NCBI GenBank assembly: GCA_964304625.1
Contig: OZ199839.1
Coordinates: 4,715,376-4,779,375 of the forward strand
Length of the DNA: 64,000 nt
Direction of reading: 5' to 3'
Origin: Kudoa neothunni
Lineage: Eukaryota; Animalia; Cnidaria
The position numbers were made by a program, and so were the translations under genes. The notes beneath the pieces were generated by a model. It had not been told where the DNA came from. It was given only the letters and a program-made list of their open reading frames with translations, and made no database searches. Positions 25,253-38,037 of the stretch are shown here, piece by piece. Positions within the stretch are counted from its first letter, which is position 1. The number at the start of each line of letters is the position of its first letter.

Positions 25253-28200
25253 ACACACATTTCGCGATGCGCGATTATACTATCATCTGGTTATGTACGC
25301 TATGAAACGCTTCAGAGTTGTTCTCAAACCTTGCGAAAAAGCTTTTATCTGTAAATTGAAGATAAGAAACCCTAGGGTGACCCTATTAGATTTGTCAAAT
25401 GCCTTTTTTTAAAGAGAGGGGATCTATACTAGCGACTAGCACTATTGGAGATATATTGCGGGATTCCGAAAAATGGATTGCTTCTCAAAACTCAAACAGA
25501 TTGACGTACAAGGGGAGGAAACACGATAACTTGGAGAAAGCCCTTTATATGTGGATAGATAGCACAAATGAATGCACATAACGTGTGTATAAACGGCTCT
25601 ATAATCACCAAAAAGGCCAAGGAATTCGCGAATAAACTTGGAATAGAGGGCTTCTCCTTCTCATCGAGATAGCTTGAAAAATTCAAAAAGCCACCAACGA
25701 ACTTAAAATCGCCCTGCGAAATTATTCTTGGGGGATATTTACAATGCCGATGAAAATTGGCTTATTTTATCGCCTTGGCCCGAATAAGATGTTATCTAAT
25801 TTTCGTCGGTCAGGTACGAAGAATTCAAAAGAAAGAATTTCAATTTTATTTTGCGTAAACGCATTGGGAACTCATAAGTTGAAGCCATTGATTATTGGTA
25901 AATCTATTAAGCCTAGATGTTTCAAGAATTTTGACCCCTCACGTTACGTGACTTATACGTCCAATGAAAGGCCTGGATGACATCAATCATATTTGAAAAT
26001 TTTCTTAAGAATTTCAATTCAATGATGAAAGCAGAAAATAGAAATATCCTACTGCTATTTGACAATGCGACTAGCCACAAAAAAATGGATACTCGAATAT
26101 CCAGATATTAATGATTCCTCCAAACCTAACTTCCCATTTACAACCTCTTGGTGCGGGCATAATCAGATCATTCAAGTCAAATTATAGAAAATTCGTCGAC
26201 CAGGTGGAATCTGGTGATATTCCTCCTCATGTTGATCTGAAGGATGCCGTAAGATTCACTCATGAATCTTGGGACAATGTTACACAAAGTATCATCCAAA
26301 ATTGTTGGAATCACACTGGCATACTTTCTGATTAAATCATTATCTCTGAAAAAGGCTGTGATGATAACTCATTAGACGAGCTTTTAAAAAAAACACCCGG
26401 ATGTTGTTATCAAAATGCGGAAGAATATGTGAATTGTGATTCCGAACTTGAAACTGGAGAGTTTATCAATGATAACGATATTCTGGAAATTCTCAACGAA
26501 AGTGATTCTGAATCCTCCGAAAATTCAGAAGATGAAATCAAGGTCATTCGGGATTAAGATACAATGATTGCCATCTCAACTGTCATTAAATATATTCAAA
26601 GGCCAAATACAGTGACTTATGGGTCGTGTGTAATCAAAAGGGAAATCAAAGTCACTACGCAACACACAACGTTGCGCATGCGAAAATAAACAAAAATTCA
26701 AAATACTACGTAATATTTTTGCTAACTAGCATACTTAACTGCTATTACTTTTAAAATGATTTGTAATGCAGCTGTTCCTAAAATTAGATTGTCGAATTTT
26801 GTTATTTGCTTTAACATTTGTGGGCTTTTTGTTTTAAAATATCTACTTATACAAGACAAATATTTAAACATATCTTTATCAGAAACGGGAACAGTTTCAA
26901 TAGAATCATTATCAGACTCTGCTTCTATTCTATCATGATGTGAAGGAATATTAATATTATCGTTATCCACTTCATCAGCAGCACAAACTTCTGGATTTCT
27001 AGTGATTATATTGACTTCTTCTTCCATCATTTCTTTTAATCCGGTGGTTGGATTTTCATTTGCTGTGAGAGTTTCTAATTCTTCTTGGCATGGGAGAAAA
27101 TGACTTCCTAAAACAATTTACAATCGTCTCGGTTTTTACATGATCTCATTAATTCTTCAACAGAAACATCGCTTTCAAAATGTTGGGTAATTCGCATTTT
27201 GTCGATCCAGCTTCCACGCTCTGTATAAGAGACTCCATTAAATGTTTCTTATAAATTACTTTAACATTGTTGATTATCCCTTGGTCAAGAGGTTGCAAAA
27301 CGCTAGTAGCATTGGGTGGGAAGAAACATAATGTAATATTGGAAAGGTTCAAATTAGGGTGTGAGGGGCAGTTGTCAAGAAAAAGAAAAATTTTTGTTGT
27401 TGACATGATTAATTTCTTGTTCCACCTAATGAGGAGTTGGGAAAATATTTTCTCTGCCATCCAAGCGTTAGTGTTTGTTTCATAATCCAACGGCAGTTTT
27501 TTAATTGATCCAAAACAACGGGGCTCTGAAAACTTACCTATTATTAATGGGTCTAATTTTTCTCCAGGCATAGAGCAGGTAAATAAAGCAGTTATTCTTA
27601 TTTTTGATTGTTTGCACCCATTTTTATTTATCTCGTTAGCGAATACATATCCTCTACCTACGCAAGATATATAACATGAAAATATTAATAACATTTTCGT
27701 TGCGGATAATACAAGCCTGTTTCGTCTGCATTGAAAATATCCTTAGGCTCCCAGCTCTTAAGGAATATCGCTCAAATTGGTTTTCCATTCCTCGATGACA
27801 ATATTGTTTACACTTTTAGATTCACCGAAAAATGTATTACGAGAGATATTAAATCTTTTTATAAAGCCATAAAACCAGCCAGTAGACAAACATGTTTCCT
27901 TTGAGGCATCATCAAGGAATTCATTGGTTTTATTGATGATAACTTCTTGAGAAAGTTATATATTTTTCGCTCTCATGAGCTCTATCCAGTCTTTCGCTTG
28001 ATGATCGATATCTATATGTTCTCCTTTCTTAAGAGTTTTTCTTAATTTGGAAACAGAACTGTCGTTATAGTGCTTAAGCAACTTGTCTTTATTGTTTAGG
28101 ATAGTATTCAAGGTAGATCTTGCTTTTACGTCGAAGGCCTTCATTGTTTCCATGTTGGCATTTGGTTTATTCGATATCTTTTCATAGTGTTTGATAATTC

Positions 28201-28809
28201 CTACTTTTTTCGATAGGGTTAGGAATTTCTTTCTGTTAGCTACCGACGCACGACCTATAATCTTCCTCGCTTTTCAAAAAAATCGTCACGCACGACACAT
28301 TAAATGCATAAAAATTAAATTTTCAAAGGGTTATTAATTTATATTTTATTGCGATATTACTTATGACCCATAAGTCACTGTATTCATGATCTGAATGGAG
28401 AGGTCAAATTAAAAGATGATCTATTAACATCACTTACACGTCTTAAAAGAAGAAATGAACAAAATCCTCTTAGTAAAGTTAAACAAATATTAATTACCGA
28501 TTATTTAAAAAGTTAGACTACTCCTCTTTGGATATATTTTTCTCCCATAATTATATACTGTTTTTTCTTTTAAGCCTCCAAATTCTTAGTTAATAGATAT
28601 GCCAATATTTTTAATTTTGATTTTAGAAATTAAATTATTTTACGTAATAAATAGTAAAAAATGTTTATGAATCAAGTAAGCAATCCGTTAAGTGGAAATT
28701 TTAAAAAACCGCGCGCGCGGGACATTGGTTAGGTTCGATTAACCGGAACCTCGCTATCCGGAAAGAAAATCGCCGATCCCGACTTTTCCGGATAATCGAG
28801 GTTTGACTG
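25253..28809 (+). mobile_element. Tigger/pogo transposon (left end missing), interrupted by a second Tigger
   Basis: CENP-B-like HTH (LEKALYMWI), NADE, SKERISILFCVNALG, LLFDNATSH and PPNLTSHLQP. The right TIR reverse-complements to CAGTCAAACCTCGATTATCCG and is followed by TA at 28810-28811. Confidence 0.85.
26610..28380 (-). mobile_element. Tigger/pogo transposon, complete ends, nested in opposite orientation
   Basis: TA TSDs at 26608-26609 and 28381-28382. Perfect 16-bp TIR CAGTGACTTATGGGTC. Transposase IFNADETGL, SKIRIT, LFLDNCPSH and PPNATSVLQPLDQGII, with frameshifts. Confidence 0.93.
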
Positions 28810-29535
28810 TATATGAATGTAATTTTATAGACTTTTGGTGCGAGTTAAAATGGTTAGGAGCCAAAAAATTTGATGTACAAAGAATGTGAATAATATATTA
28901 AACAATCAATGCACCAGTTAATATTTTATTGTTGGCTACATAATTGACATAATTTTCTTTTATCCACAGATGGAAATAAATGAATGATCCAATTGCTAAA
29001 ATGATGCTCATAGTAATATTCCCAGTAACCTGATTTAGATCACTCAACATTACATTGATAAAATTCAAAGTATATTTATCCAAATTAATCATTTAAAAAT
29101 ATATTTCAATTTTATAAAAAGTTGTGTTTCGGTAAATTCGCATTCCACGATGCCCCGCGCATGGTTAAAGTTGTAATATTTTATATTGATGAAACACCAA
29201 CTTATAAACTTTATATATTTTCTACAATAATAAATTAACTCATAATGCAAAATGAAAAAATCTGTTTAAAAACTAACTAGAGTTAAAAAAAAGTGAGGTA
29301 CCAAAATGAACCTTATCGTGTGGTGTGGTAACGTGATTTTTATGCAATGTGGTTGAGGGTTAATAAACCAAAATTAATTTTATGAAACCATTGTAGTGAC
29401 CTCTATATAATAATATAATAACTTGAATATTATGATCGGCCGTCGCCACGGGAGGGGTATTATTAGTTAGCGAATTGTGGTTTTATCGCGTGCCGCTGCT
29501 TCATTACATTTGGTGTCAGAGGTCTAACTAAGAAC

Positions 29536-30276
29536 ATGAAAGTAAAAGAGATAAATTTCGAAATGCCAATAGATGAGCGATTGGAAGAATTGGAGGCGAG
29601 GTCTCTTATAAAAAATCACACGACCGAACAACATTACGCATTTCTACTACTGGCCATACCTATCCACCAGCGTACAATTTTAAAGCCCTCCGAGCAAGAG
29701 AAACTTGAGCTGGGTCCTGTCGAGGCATTGAAGAGGAGGATAAGAGGATACTATGCAAGTATCACGAGCACACAAAGCCAATGGACCACTTTCTTGAATG
29801 AAAAGATAAAATCGGGAGAACAAATCCAAGATTTTGCAAATAGAATTTTGCTTCGTCTCAAAGCGGCAAGACCAAATGCCACAGCGGATGATATAATATT
29901 CTTTCTGAAACCAAAAATTGTAGAAACTGTTCCAAAAGTGTATCAACCGATATTGAATACCGAATCCACTGGAAATATGGCAATACTCATAGAGAAAGCC
30001 CAAGCATATATAGATTCGAATACTATAGAATCAACTGATACCGTTGTATCTATAAACGCCGTAAAACAACCTATGCATCCTACCCGATACCACAACAATC
30101 GTGAATGTTATAAATGTGGGAGTAGATATCACCTGAGTGACGAATGTAAAGGTCTTGTACGATGCAATATATGTCAAAAGGTAGGACATATGGCAAAAAA
30201 ATGCTTTTTACGTTTGAGAAACGTAAAAGGGGGCAGGCCTACTCTCGAGCCTCGCTCCCTAAATCGCCGAAATTAG
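29536..30276 (+). CDS. gag: Gypsy Gag with two CCHC zinc knuckles
   Basis: 246-aa ORF just after the PBS containing CYKCGSRYHLSDEC and CNICQKVGHMAKKC. Confidence 0.9.
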   Translation: MKVKEINFEMPIDERLEELEARSLIKNHTTEQHYAFLLLAIPIHQRTILKPSEQEKLELGPVEALKRRIRGYYASITSTQSQWTTFLNEKIKSGEQIQDFANRILLRLKAARPNATADDIIFFLKPKIVETVPKVYQPILNTESTGNMAILIEKAQAYIDSNTIESTDTVVSINAVKQPMHPTRYHNNRECYKCGSRYHLSDECKGLVRCNICQKVGHMAKKCFLRLRNVKGGRPTLEPRSLNRRN

Positions 30277-30297
30277 AGAGCACTGTATTCACAACAA

Positions 30298-32751
30298 ATG
30301 GTCTTCACAAATAGGGTTCCCATACATTACAGACATGCAGTAGACAAGGAGATAGAAAGAATGTTATCTTTGGGGGTTATAAGACGGTCGAAAAGTGCTT
30401 GGTCGTTTCCAGTCGTAATAGTGGGAAAGAAAAACGGCGATCTGCGTCTGTGCGTAGATTACAGGAAGTTGAATGATATTACGGTGAAAGATGAATATCC
30501 ATTACCTCTTTTGGAAGAAGTATTGGATTCGCTTAGCGGTGCAAAAATTTTCTCTACCCTTGATTTACAATCTGGATACTGGCAAATACCAATGGCACCA
30601 GAAGATGTAGAGAAAACTGCATTTACGCATGGTCATGGGCTCTATGAATTCCTTAAGATGCCTTTTGGATTGTGTAATGGACCAGCCACGTTCCAAAGAA
30701 TAATGGACAGACTACTTCGCGACTTGCCCTTCGCTATAGCCTATCTTGGTGATATTGTCATATTCTCAAAATCCAAATCCGAACATATGGACCACGTTGA
30801 TAGAGTATTGAGGAGATTAGACGCGGCAAATTTGAAAATTAACAAGGAAAAATCCAAATTTTGCAAGAATGAGTTGGTTTATTTGGGATTCATAATTTCT
30901 AAAGATGGAATTCGGAATGACCCTGATAGAGTGAAAAGTATATTGGAATGGAAAGAGCCAAAATCCAAGGATGAGTTGCAAGCTTTTCTCGGCGCTGTAA
31001 ATTTCATGCATAGACACATTGAAGGATTGGCTAAACTGTCTTCACGTTTCACTGATATGATGTCATCCAAGATACCTTTTAAATGGGATGACGAAGAAAG
31101 AAAATGGTTCTGTATGTTGAAAAACGCTGTAAAGGAGTCACCTACTTTAGCGTATCCGAATCCGGACAAACCATTTTATCTAGAATGTAATGCGTCAAAT
31201 ACAGCTGTTGGAGCAGTGCTATACCAAAACTCCGAGAGAAAAGATGTTATTGCCTATACGAGCAAAAAGCTTAATTGCAGTCAAAAGAATTATAGCGCGA
31301 CAGATAGAGAGACATTAGCAATAATGAACGCTGTACGGAAGTTTAGGCATTATTTGATTGGTAAAAAATTTTACATTTTGACGGACCACAACCCTCTGGT
31401 TTATTTGAGAAACATGAAAGATCCAAGAGGAAGACGTGCTCGTTGGTTAATGGAGATGGAGGATTATTGTTACAAAATTATATACAAACCTGGATGTCAA
31501 AATAACATTGCTGATGCCCTGTCCAGAAGCGTGTTTAGTATGAAGACATTTGCTACCTACGATCAACTTAGGAAAGCACAAAATGATGATAAATGTATAC
31601 AAATTGCTAAAGATTTCATAAGAAATCCGATGGAATCGTCGAAGCTCTCTGTGAATTCCGAAGTTAAGAAGTTGTGTGATAGAAAGGGAAAATTAGAAAT
31701 TGTGGATGGATTACTTTGTCACACTTCTCGTTTTGGTAAATTACCAGTTATTCCGCAGCAAATGAGACAAATGATCGTTACGAAAGTTCATGAGGAATGT
31801 GCACACTCAGGAATAACGAAAACAATACAAGTCCTACGGAGAAATTTTTATTGGTCGACATTAGAAGACGACGTCACAGCTATACTAAAGAAATGTGATA
31901 TATGCCTGAAAGTGAAAGGAGATGCTCGCAAAATAAAGGCACCACTAATGCCGATCCCCGTGTTAGGCCCCAGCGTAAGATGGCACGTAGATTTTATGGG
32001 GCTATTGGAAACTACATCAAACGGTAATAGGTTTGTAATTCTATTTGTAGATCAATTTACTAAATGGGTGGAGGCAAAAGCTTTGTCAACAATTACAGCA
32101 AAAGAAACTGCAGATGCTTTCTTTGAATTGATAATATCACGCCACGGTTGCCCAAAATATCTGCATTCTGATCAAGGAGTTCAGTTCGAATCAGTACTAT
32201 TTGGTGATATCTGTAAACTGTTTGGTGTTCAAAAGTCGCGGTCAACGGCCTATCACCCGGAGGGTAATGGCATGGCAGAACGTCAAGTACGCAACATAAA
32301 AACTAAACTTAAAGCCCTTATTCTGGAAAACAACGTAGAATGGGACCAAAGTTTAGATAAAGCCCTTTTAGCTACTAGAATAACACCTTCAACAACTACG
32401 GGATACAGTCCGGCCTATTTAATGTATGGTAGGGAATTAGTTACTCCTACTAGTACAATATCTTACAATCTGAAAGACACTCTCGCCAACCCTCACATTT
32501 ATGCTGAAAAACTCTCAGAAACAATGGAAAACGCCATCAAAAAAGCAAAAGAGAATATAGAAGATGCACAAACAAGACAATCGTATTATTATAACCGCAA
32601 TAATGTCAAAAAACAACATGAAATAGGAAACTATGTCTATATAAAAAACAGGAAAATCACTTCACTCTCTCCCAAATATGAGGGTCCATATAAAGTAATA
32701 AAGGCAAGAGGTCCCGTTTATTTTGTCGAAAACCATAACAAGAAAATCTAA
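30298..32751 (+). CDS. pol: Gypsy Pol (RT-RNase H-integrase), no protease, catalytic substitutions
   Basis: LCVDYRKLN, MPFGLCNGPATFQ, YLGD (for YLDD), RNase H ECNAS (for CDAS)...TDHNPL...ADALSR, and integrase HHCC plus D,D35E (HVDF, SDQG, AER), GPY. The domain order RT-RH-IN is Gypsy. Confidence 0.93.
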   Translation: MVFTNRVPIHYRHAVDKEIERMLSLGVIRRSKSAWSFPVVIVGKKNGDLRLCVDYRKLNDITVKDEYPLPLLEEVLDSLSGAKIFSTLDLQSGYWQIPMAPEDVEKTAFTHGHGLYEFLKMPFGLCNGPATFQRIMDRLLRDLPFAIAYLGDIVIFSKSKSEHMDHVDRVLRRLDAANLKINKEKSKFCKNELVYLGFIISKDGIRNDPDRVKSILEWKEPKSKDELQAFLGAVNFMHRHIEGLAKLSSRFTDMMSSKIPFKWDDEERKWFCMLKNAVKESPTLAYPNPDKPFYLECNASNTAVGAVLYQNSERKDVIAYTSKKLNCSQKNYSATDRETLAIMNAVRKFRHYLIGKKFYILTDHNPLVYLRNMKDPRGRRARWLMEMEDYCYKIIYKPGCQNNIADALSRSVFSMKTFATYDQLRKAQNDDKCIQIAKDFIRNPMESSKLSVNSEVKKLCDRKGKLEIVDGLLCHTSRFGKLPVIPQQMRQMIVTKVHEECAHSGITKTIQVLRRNFYWSTLEDDVTAILKKCDICLKVKGDARKIKAPLMPIPVLGPSVRWHVDFMGLLETTSNGNRFVILFVDQFTKWVEAKALSTITAKETADAFFELIISRHGCPKYLHSDQGVQFESVLFGDICKLFGVQKSRSTAYHPEGNGMAERQVRNIKTKLKALILENNVEWDQSLDKALLATRITPSTTTGYSPAYLMYGRELVTPTSTISYNLKDTLANPHIYAEKLSETMENAIKKAKENIEDAQTRQSYYYNRNNVKKQHEIGNYVYIKNRKITSLSPKYEGPYKVIKARGPVYFVENHNKKI

Positions 32752-33132
32752 TCTGTTCATCACAATGACATCTTACCAACAAAAACCATCAATGAGTCGA
32801 TTATCCATCCAAGCATTGCACCTAACAATAGACCTACGAGAAATAAGAAAAAACCGCATTACCTTGACGACTTTGAAGTATAAGTCATATTTTAAAAAGG
32901 GGGAGTAATGTAGTGACCTCTATATAATAATATAATAACTTGAATATTATGATCGGCCGTCGCCACGGGAGGGGTATTATTAGCTAGCGAATTGTGGTTT
33001 TATCGCGTGCCGCTGCTTCATTACAACCATATCTTTAGATAAAAGAGACGAAAAAATCCACAATTGTTTATATAAAAATGTAGTTCAAGAATAGATTGTT
33101 TATAAACATGTATGTTATTAAGTTGGGGAATT

Positions 33133-36100
33133 TTATTTTTCCTCCGCTGAAAAAGCAAATCCCACTAAATTTACGTTATAAACAAGTTGATATGATAAAA
33201 GTTACAATAACGTTTGAAATATTTTGATTTTCTCGCATCGACAGTATTAAGTTTATCCATAATATTTCTGGAGTGTAATCTAGGATCCCAGCTTCCGTTG
33301 GCCCCAATACTTTTTTCCAACTCAGCAACAGTTGTATAAGCTGGAGTGAAAAACGTATCCCTTATGGTTTTAAATATAAAGTCAGGTATGAGGACAATTA
33401 AAACGATAGGTAACATGAGCCAGAATAATGGCGTTCTATATAGAATTATATCCACACCCATCAAGAGACTTTCAAATCTTCTTGCAACAGCTACTCTTGA
33501 ATAAATACTCAAAAACAAGATCCAACCAATGAAGCCTGTCCAAATCACCACATGAGTTAGCCATGTCCACGAGGTCATTTCAAGGGTAGCCTTTAGATTC
33601 ACCAGCAACAGAACAAATGTCACCAGTGTAACACCGAACATGCTTCTACTTATTGGCATACCGGTTGGGTTCACAACGCCCGCAGATAGACACTGGTGAA
33701 CAATAAAATACAGGGTAGCAGCATGTAGAAACCCAACGGAGATCCAAAGAATAAGTCTCTTGACTGAAAATATGTATCCTTTTTGACTGGCTTCATAAAG
33801 GCGTGGAATATTAACGAATGCTTTCGAAGAGACAGGCTGATCTATCAATCCAAATGCAAATGGTGGCAGAGATGTAAGCGCCTAAAATATTATAAATGAT
33901 ATCTAATGTTGTATTTCATTAGATAGATACAAGGTTGAATAGACCGATAGCTGCAACTGGAAAAACCGCGGTAGCGGAAAACATATTGAATTTACTGTAG
34001 AACATCTAAGAGATAAAAAATCTATTTAGACAATTTTAGTGTAATTACTGTGATCAGACTAACAATAATATTTTTGTAATAACTATAATAGGTGGCATTA
34101 CATAGACGACGATAACTCAATGCGCCATGATAAAGTATGAGATGTCGTAGATATGAAAACTGGGTTATGGTAAAGTCGGAACAATTTGCAGCTTGCATGC
34201 CCTCATTACCACTAATACCTACTCCAACGTTGGCCGCTTGAATCATACCGCAGTCATTTCCACCATCTCCTATAGCCAAGGTGACTACGTCATTCACATT
34301 CCTCTGTATCAGTAGAACCGTTTTCTGTTTTTGAAGAGGTGAAACTCTAACATTAAAATGTTTATTAGGAAAATAATCCAAGTTGAGCCAAAAGTAAATA
34401 CCGACAACATAGGACGGAACAACAAACCATTGTTATATCTATGAAATAATCGATACATCTCGCATCGAAAAGATGGTTAAGAGTCTTAGAGGGAATGAAA
34501 ACAATTAAATAATCATCAAATAATCAAATTACCGAACCTGGAATAACTAAAGCTAGATCCTAGATTTATTTAATAACGCTGTGTAAATTTCAGATAAAAA
34601 TTACCATTGTTTTTTTGGGGTTTATACGTTTACCATTGGAACTTTTGTGGACTTTAATATCTTTTTTAAGAATAATGCTTCGAAGCATATCTAGGCATTC
34701 CTCAAGTGTTTCGCTATTTATAATTTGCACATCTGTTGATTGTTTAAGAAGATTTGTAGAATAGCCTAATAATGATTGATGTGTTTCAGGAAATAGACTT
34801 TGAATCATTGGGAAAGGTGCAATAAAAATTACCGATATTAATGGCGGTTTCTATCCTGTCTCCTGTTAGCATCCATATTCTAATGTTAGCACTTATTAGC
34901 GTGTGGATGGTAGATGGAACGTTATCTTGTAGCTCATCGAGAATAGCAGTAGCACCCATCAATGTTAAATCTTTTTCTATCTCGTTATAAACTGACATAA
35001 GTTTTTCTTCGCGATTTTCCATTGTTGTTGATGCTTCATTGTATTTGATACGCCATTCTTCATATTTTGCCAGACTAATTTCCTTGAAGGCAATGCAGAG
35101 TGTTCGTAAACCTACCAGGAAAAGGTAAATTTTTAGGGTATCTAATAATAAATACCATTTTTTGCGAATTGTTCAAGATGTTCGTAGGTACTGCCTTCGC
35201 AAGTTTGAAAACGGAGATTGAGTAGTTTGAAAATTACAGAATCCTGTTTAAGATTGATATTTTTATTAACCTCACAATTTAATGAAGAAGATATACAGCG
35301 CCTTTACACAAAACAAAAATTCGGCCATCGGAAAATTTGACTATGACCGACATTCTTTTTCTTTCGCTAGTAAATTCAAGGCTGTTGAGAATGTAACATT
35401 TTTCTTCCACACCGAACTGATATTTACAATGAATCAAACATAGTTCAAATACTAAAAACTAACCTTGGAAAATGTTACAGAATCAGGAGTCCGTTTAATA
35501 AATTCATAACCACATTTGTAAGCTCCGGAAACTAACGCTACTTCGTCTGGAGAAGTGGATTGAAACGGCAATGCTTCCAAGTCATCACTAATGGGGGATG
35601 ATCGATCTACATTTTCTGAGCAACCCGGACGTATTTTGGTGCTCAAAGGGGTGACGGTGTTGCATAATAACAAATGCTCCAGAAATCTCTTTACTTCAGG
35701 AAGCTTAGAAAAAGTCATAAGTCATAAAAACTTCAAAAGTGAACTACCTCTGAATTTTGTTTTATTTCATCCCAGTAATTTCCAGATGAGCCATAAATAG
35801 TACCATTGATTGAAACCGAGTGCAATTTCATCACATTTTTTGTCAATGTTCCAGTTTTGTCGGAGAAAATATAGTTTATCTACGAAGAGAAAATGTTACA
35901 GAATTTTATCGCGATGATAGTGATTTTTGTGACCTGGCCGAGGTCTTCAATGATGGATGATGTTTTAACTGATGCATAAGTATTTTTGTTAAGATCGTAC
36001 ATACTTTTGTCCTATATTGGATATTTGATAATAGTTGAGCGAAGGTAAGCAGTATATCTTAATAATACATAGTTTATGAAGAATGCCTGGAAGAATTTGA

Positions 36101-38037
36101 TAAATTCGATTGTAACGCTGAGACTGATAGGAATAATGAAGTTGTATGATATAAGGAATGTCATTAATGTGAGATGGAATGTGATTCCAGTGTATTCTTA
36201 TATATGGAATAAAATTTGAAAATTCAATCAATTAGGAAATTACTATAGTTTGATAGATACCAATGATATTTCATTTTGGGACGATAATATAGCTCATGAA
36301 TTAATGTAGAAATCACCGTTAACGCGGTTATAAGTAAAACCAATATGACCATAAATATATTAATTTTTCTATCCATTTTTGATTTTTTAATTGGTGCCGA
36401 AGTTGAATTCATCATTAATTTTGTTTCGTGGCCAGTGTACACAGCACAACCTACAATCCATTCGGTGTTTTTTAAACATGAGCCCCTCAGAATGACGTTT
36501 TCCTCATTTATCGCCATCTTTCTACATAAGCATCCAAAATAAAACTTTAATTAAAGTTAACAAAGAGAGAAATGTGTACTCTTCGTCTTCCATTGATATA
36601 TTTCCGACAAACTTATATAACTCGTTGTTCGGTGCCTCACAATTAATGATCCCTTCGGGTTGGTTCATTATCATCATTTCAGGTTCCAAATTCTTATTCA
36701 TATTAACAATCTAAAAAACCTTTAATTATCTGCACCAATTAGATATTAGATGCAATCAAAAAATTTTTGTTAGATTTACCATTTTGGTTTTATGATTAGT
36801 TTCACCATCTAAATTTGCTGTCTCAATGTAGCATATATTGTCGGCATCACTAAAACAAATCCCAATTATTACTTTCAAGTTCAAGGAGGGGATTTTGATT
36901 AGTTAGAAAAGAACTAACATATTCTATTTAAAATTTTAGTTGGAAAAATATTCAATTAAATATTAAAAAATTAAGATACTTAAGAAAAAATAATCCCCAG
37001 TTATAATGTTAATGTTCATGTTCATGTTACAATACACACCTTGTTGATAGTAGAACAATGTCGGCAGGAATCATTTCTTCATTATTAACCAAAATAAGAT
37101 TCCCAACTTCAATCTTTCCCCAGCGTGTTTCTGCCCAATTTTCATTGAGTACTTAAGTAAAACTTTATAAGCTAGCAAAGTCAGACTTGACAACTTTTAG
37201 TTTTGGTGCTGTTTATTTTTCGATCACATAAATGACGCCTCTAAATAAAGTAAAAATTCATATAAATCAAATAAAAATCTCATTAGTGTAAGAAACTTGA
37301 ATAATATAATCTATTTAGATATAAATTAAACAAATAATAAACGGGTATTTAGACAAATTATTTTAACATTTCTCATGGTTAAATATAATTTAACAAATAA
37401 AAATTCCATTAATGAACCCATTTAAATTAAAATTAAAAACGAGATTACAATGTCTTCGAATATTTCTTTGGCAGCAGAAATTGTGAGAATTATAATAAGT
37501 GGAATTAGTGTGGGATATCGTCCGACTGGAGAAGCACCAGGTATTTGCTTAAAAAGTACTAGAATATTATCAAATAAGAGATAGCTACTTGTAAGATGAC
37601 AATCACTAAGAAGAACATGTTCGAAACCTTTGAAAATTGTTCAAAAATAAATTTTGGAAAAAACACTAATGGATTATATTTGGTGGTACTAAATGCATTA
37701 TCATTTTTGGTTTAAAAAGTGTAGTTTTTTTTCAAAAGTTTTTAAAAATTATCACAATATTTAGAATAAACTACAAATCTTACAAGTGAGCGATAGTTTA
37801 ATTTAAACAAATTAATAAAAGATTCTTTAAAACGTTGTTTTTAAGTAAAATCGCCCATAAAAATGCAATGAGAAATCATGAACTCAACAAAATCATCAAT
37901 GTTTACCTGACGCTGTTATCACAAAACCCTTTGGCACATTTGTACCCAATGTTAAAGGTTCGATCATTTTTACTGTTTGCGATGTAACCGATTTTGAAGA
38001 GTTTTTCCACAAACTTTATGACTTTATTTTCAGCCAT
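33133..38037 (-). CDS. ATP8A: P4-ATPase phospholipid flippase, ATP8A/Drs2-like, copy 1 (multi-exon)
   Basis: Spliced: [17 protein letters not shown]1 LQ|[49 protein letters not shown] and C-terminal GFAFSAEEK* (Drs2/ATP8A autoinhibitory motif). Start ATG at 38037 is inferred. Confidence 0.92.

Larger units (their letters stand above)
29392..33025 (+). mobile_element. Ty3/Gypsy LTR retrotransposon (3634 bp), recent insertion, protease-less
   Basis: 117-bp LTRs at 29392-29508 and 32909-33025 (TGTAG...TTACA) differ at one base. 5-bp TSD ACCAT. PBS TGGTGTCAGA at 29511 resembles tRNA-Leu. PPT AAAAAGGGGGAG at 32894-32905. Confidence 0.97.

Noticed and set aside
16716-25670. Frequent TGA/TAG at conserved Trp positions in TEs, suggesting an alternative genetic code or RIP
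   Set aside because: Host genes use TGG for Trp and standard stops, and Trp-to-stop is the expected result of ordinary G>A transitions in dead elements.
29290-29363. piggyBac-like right end (...GTTGAGGG|TTAA)
   Set aside because: No matching left end or transposase was found.
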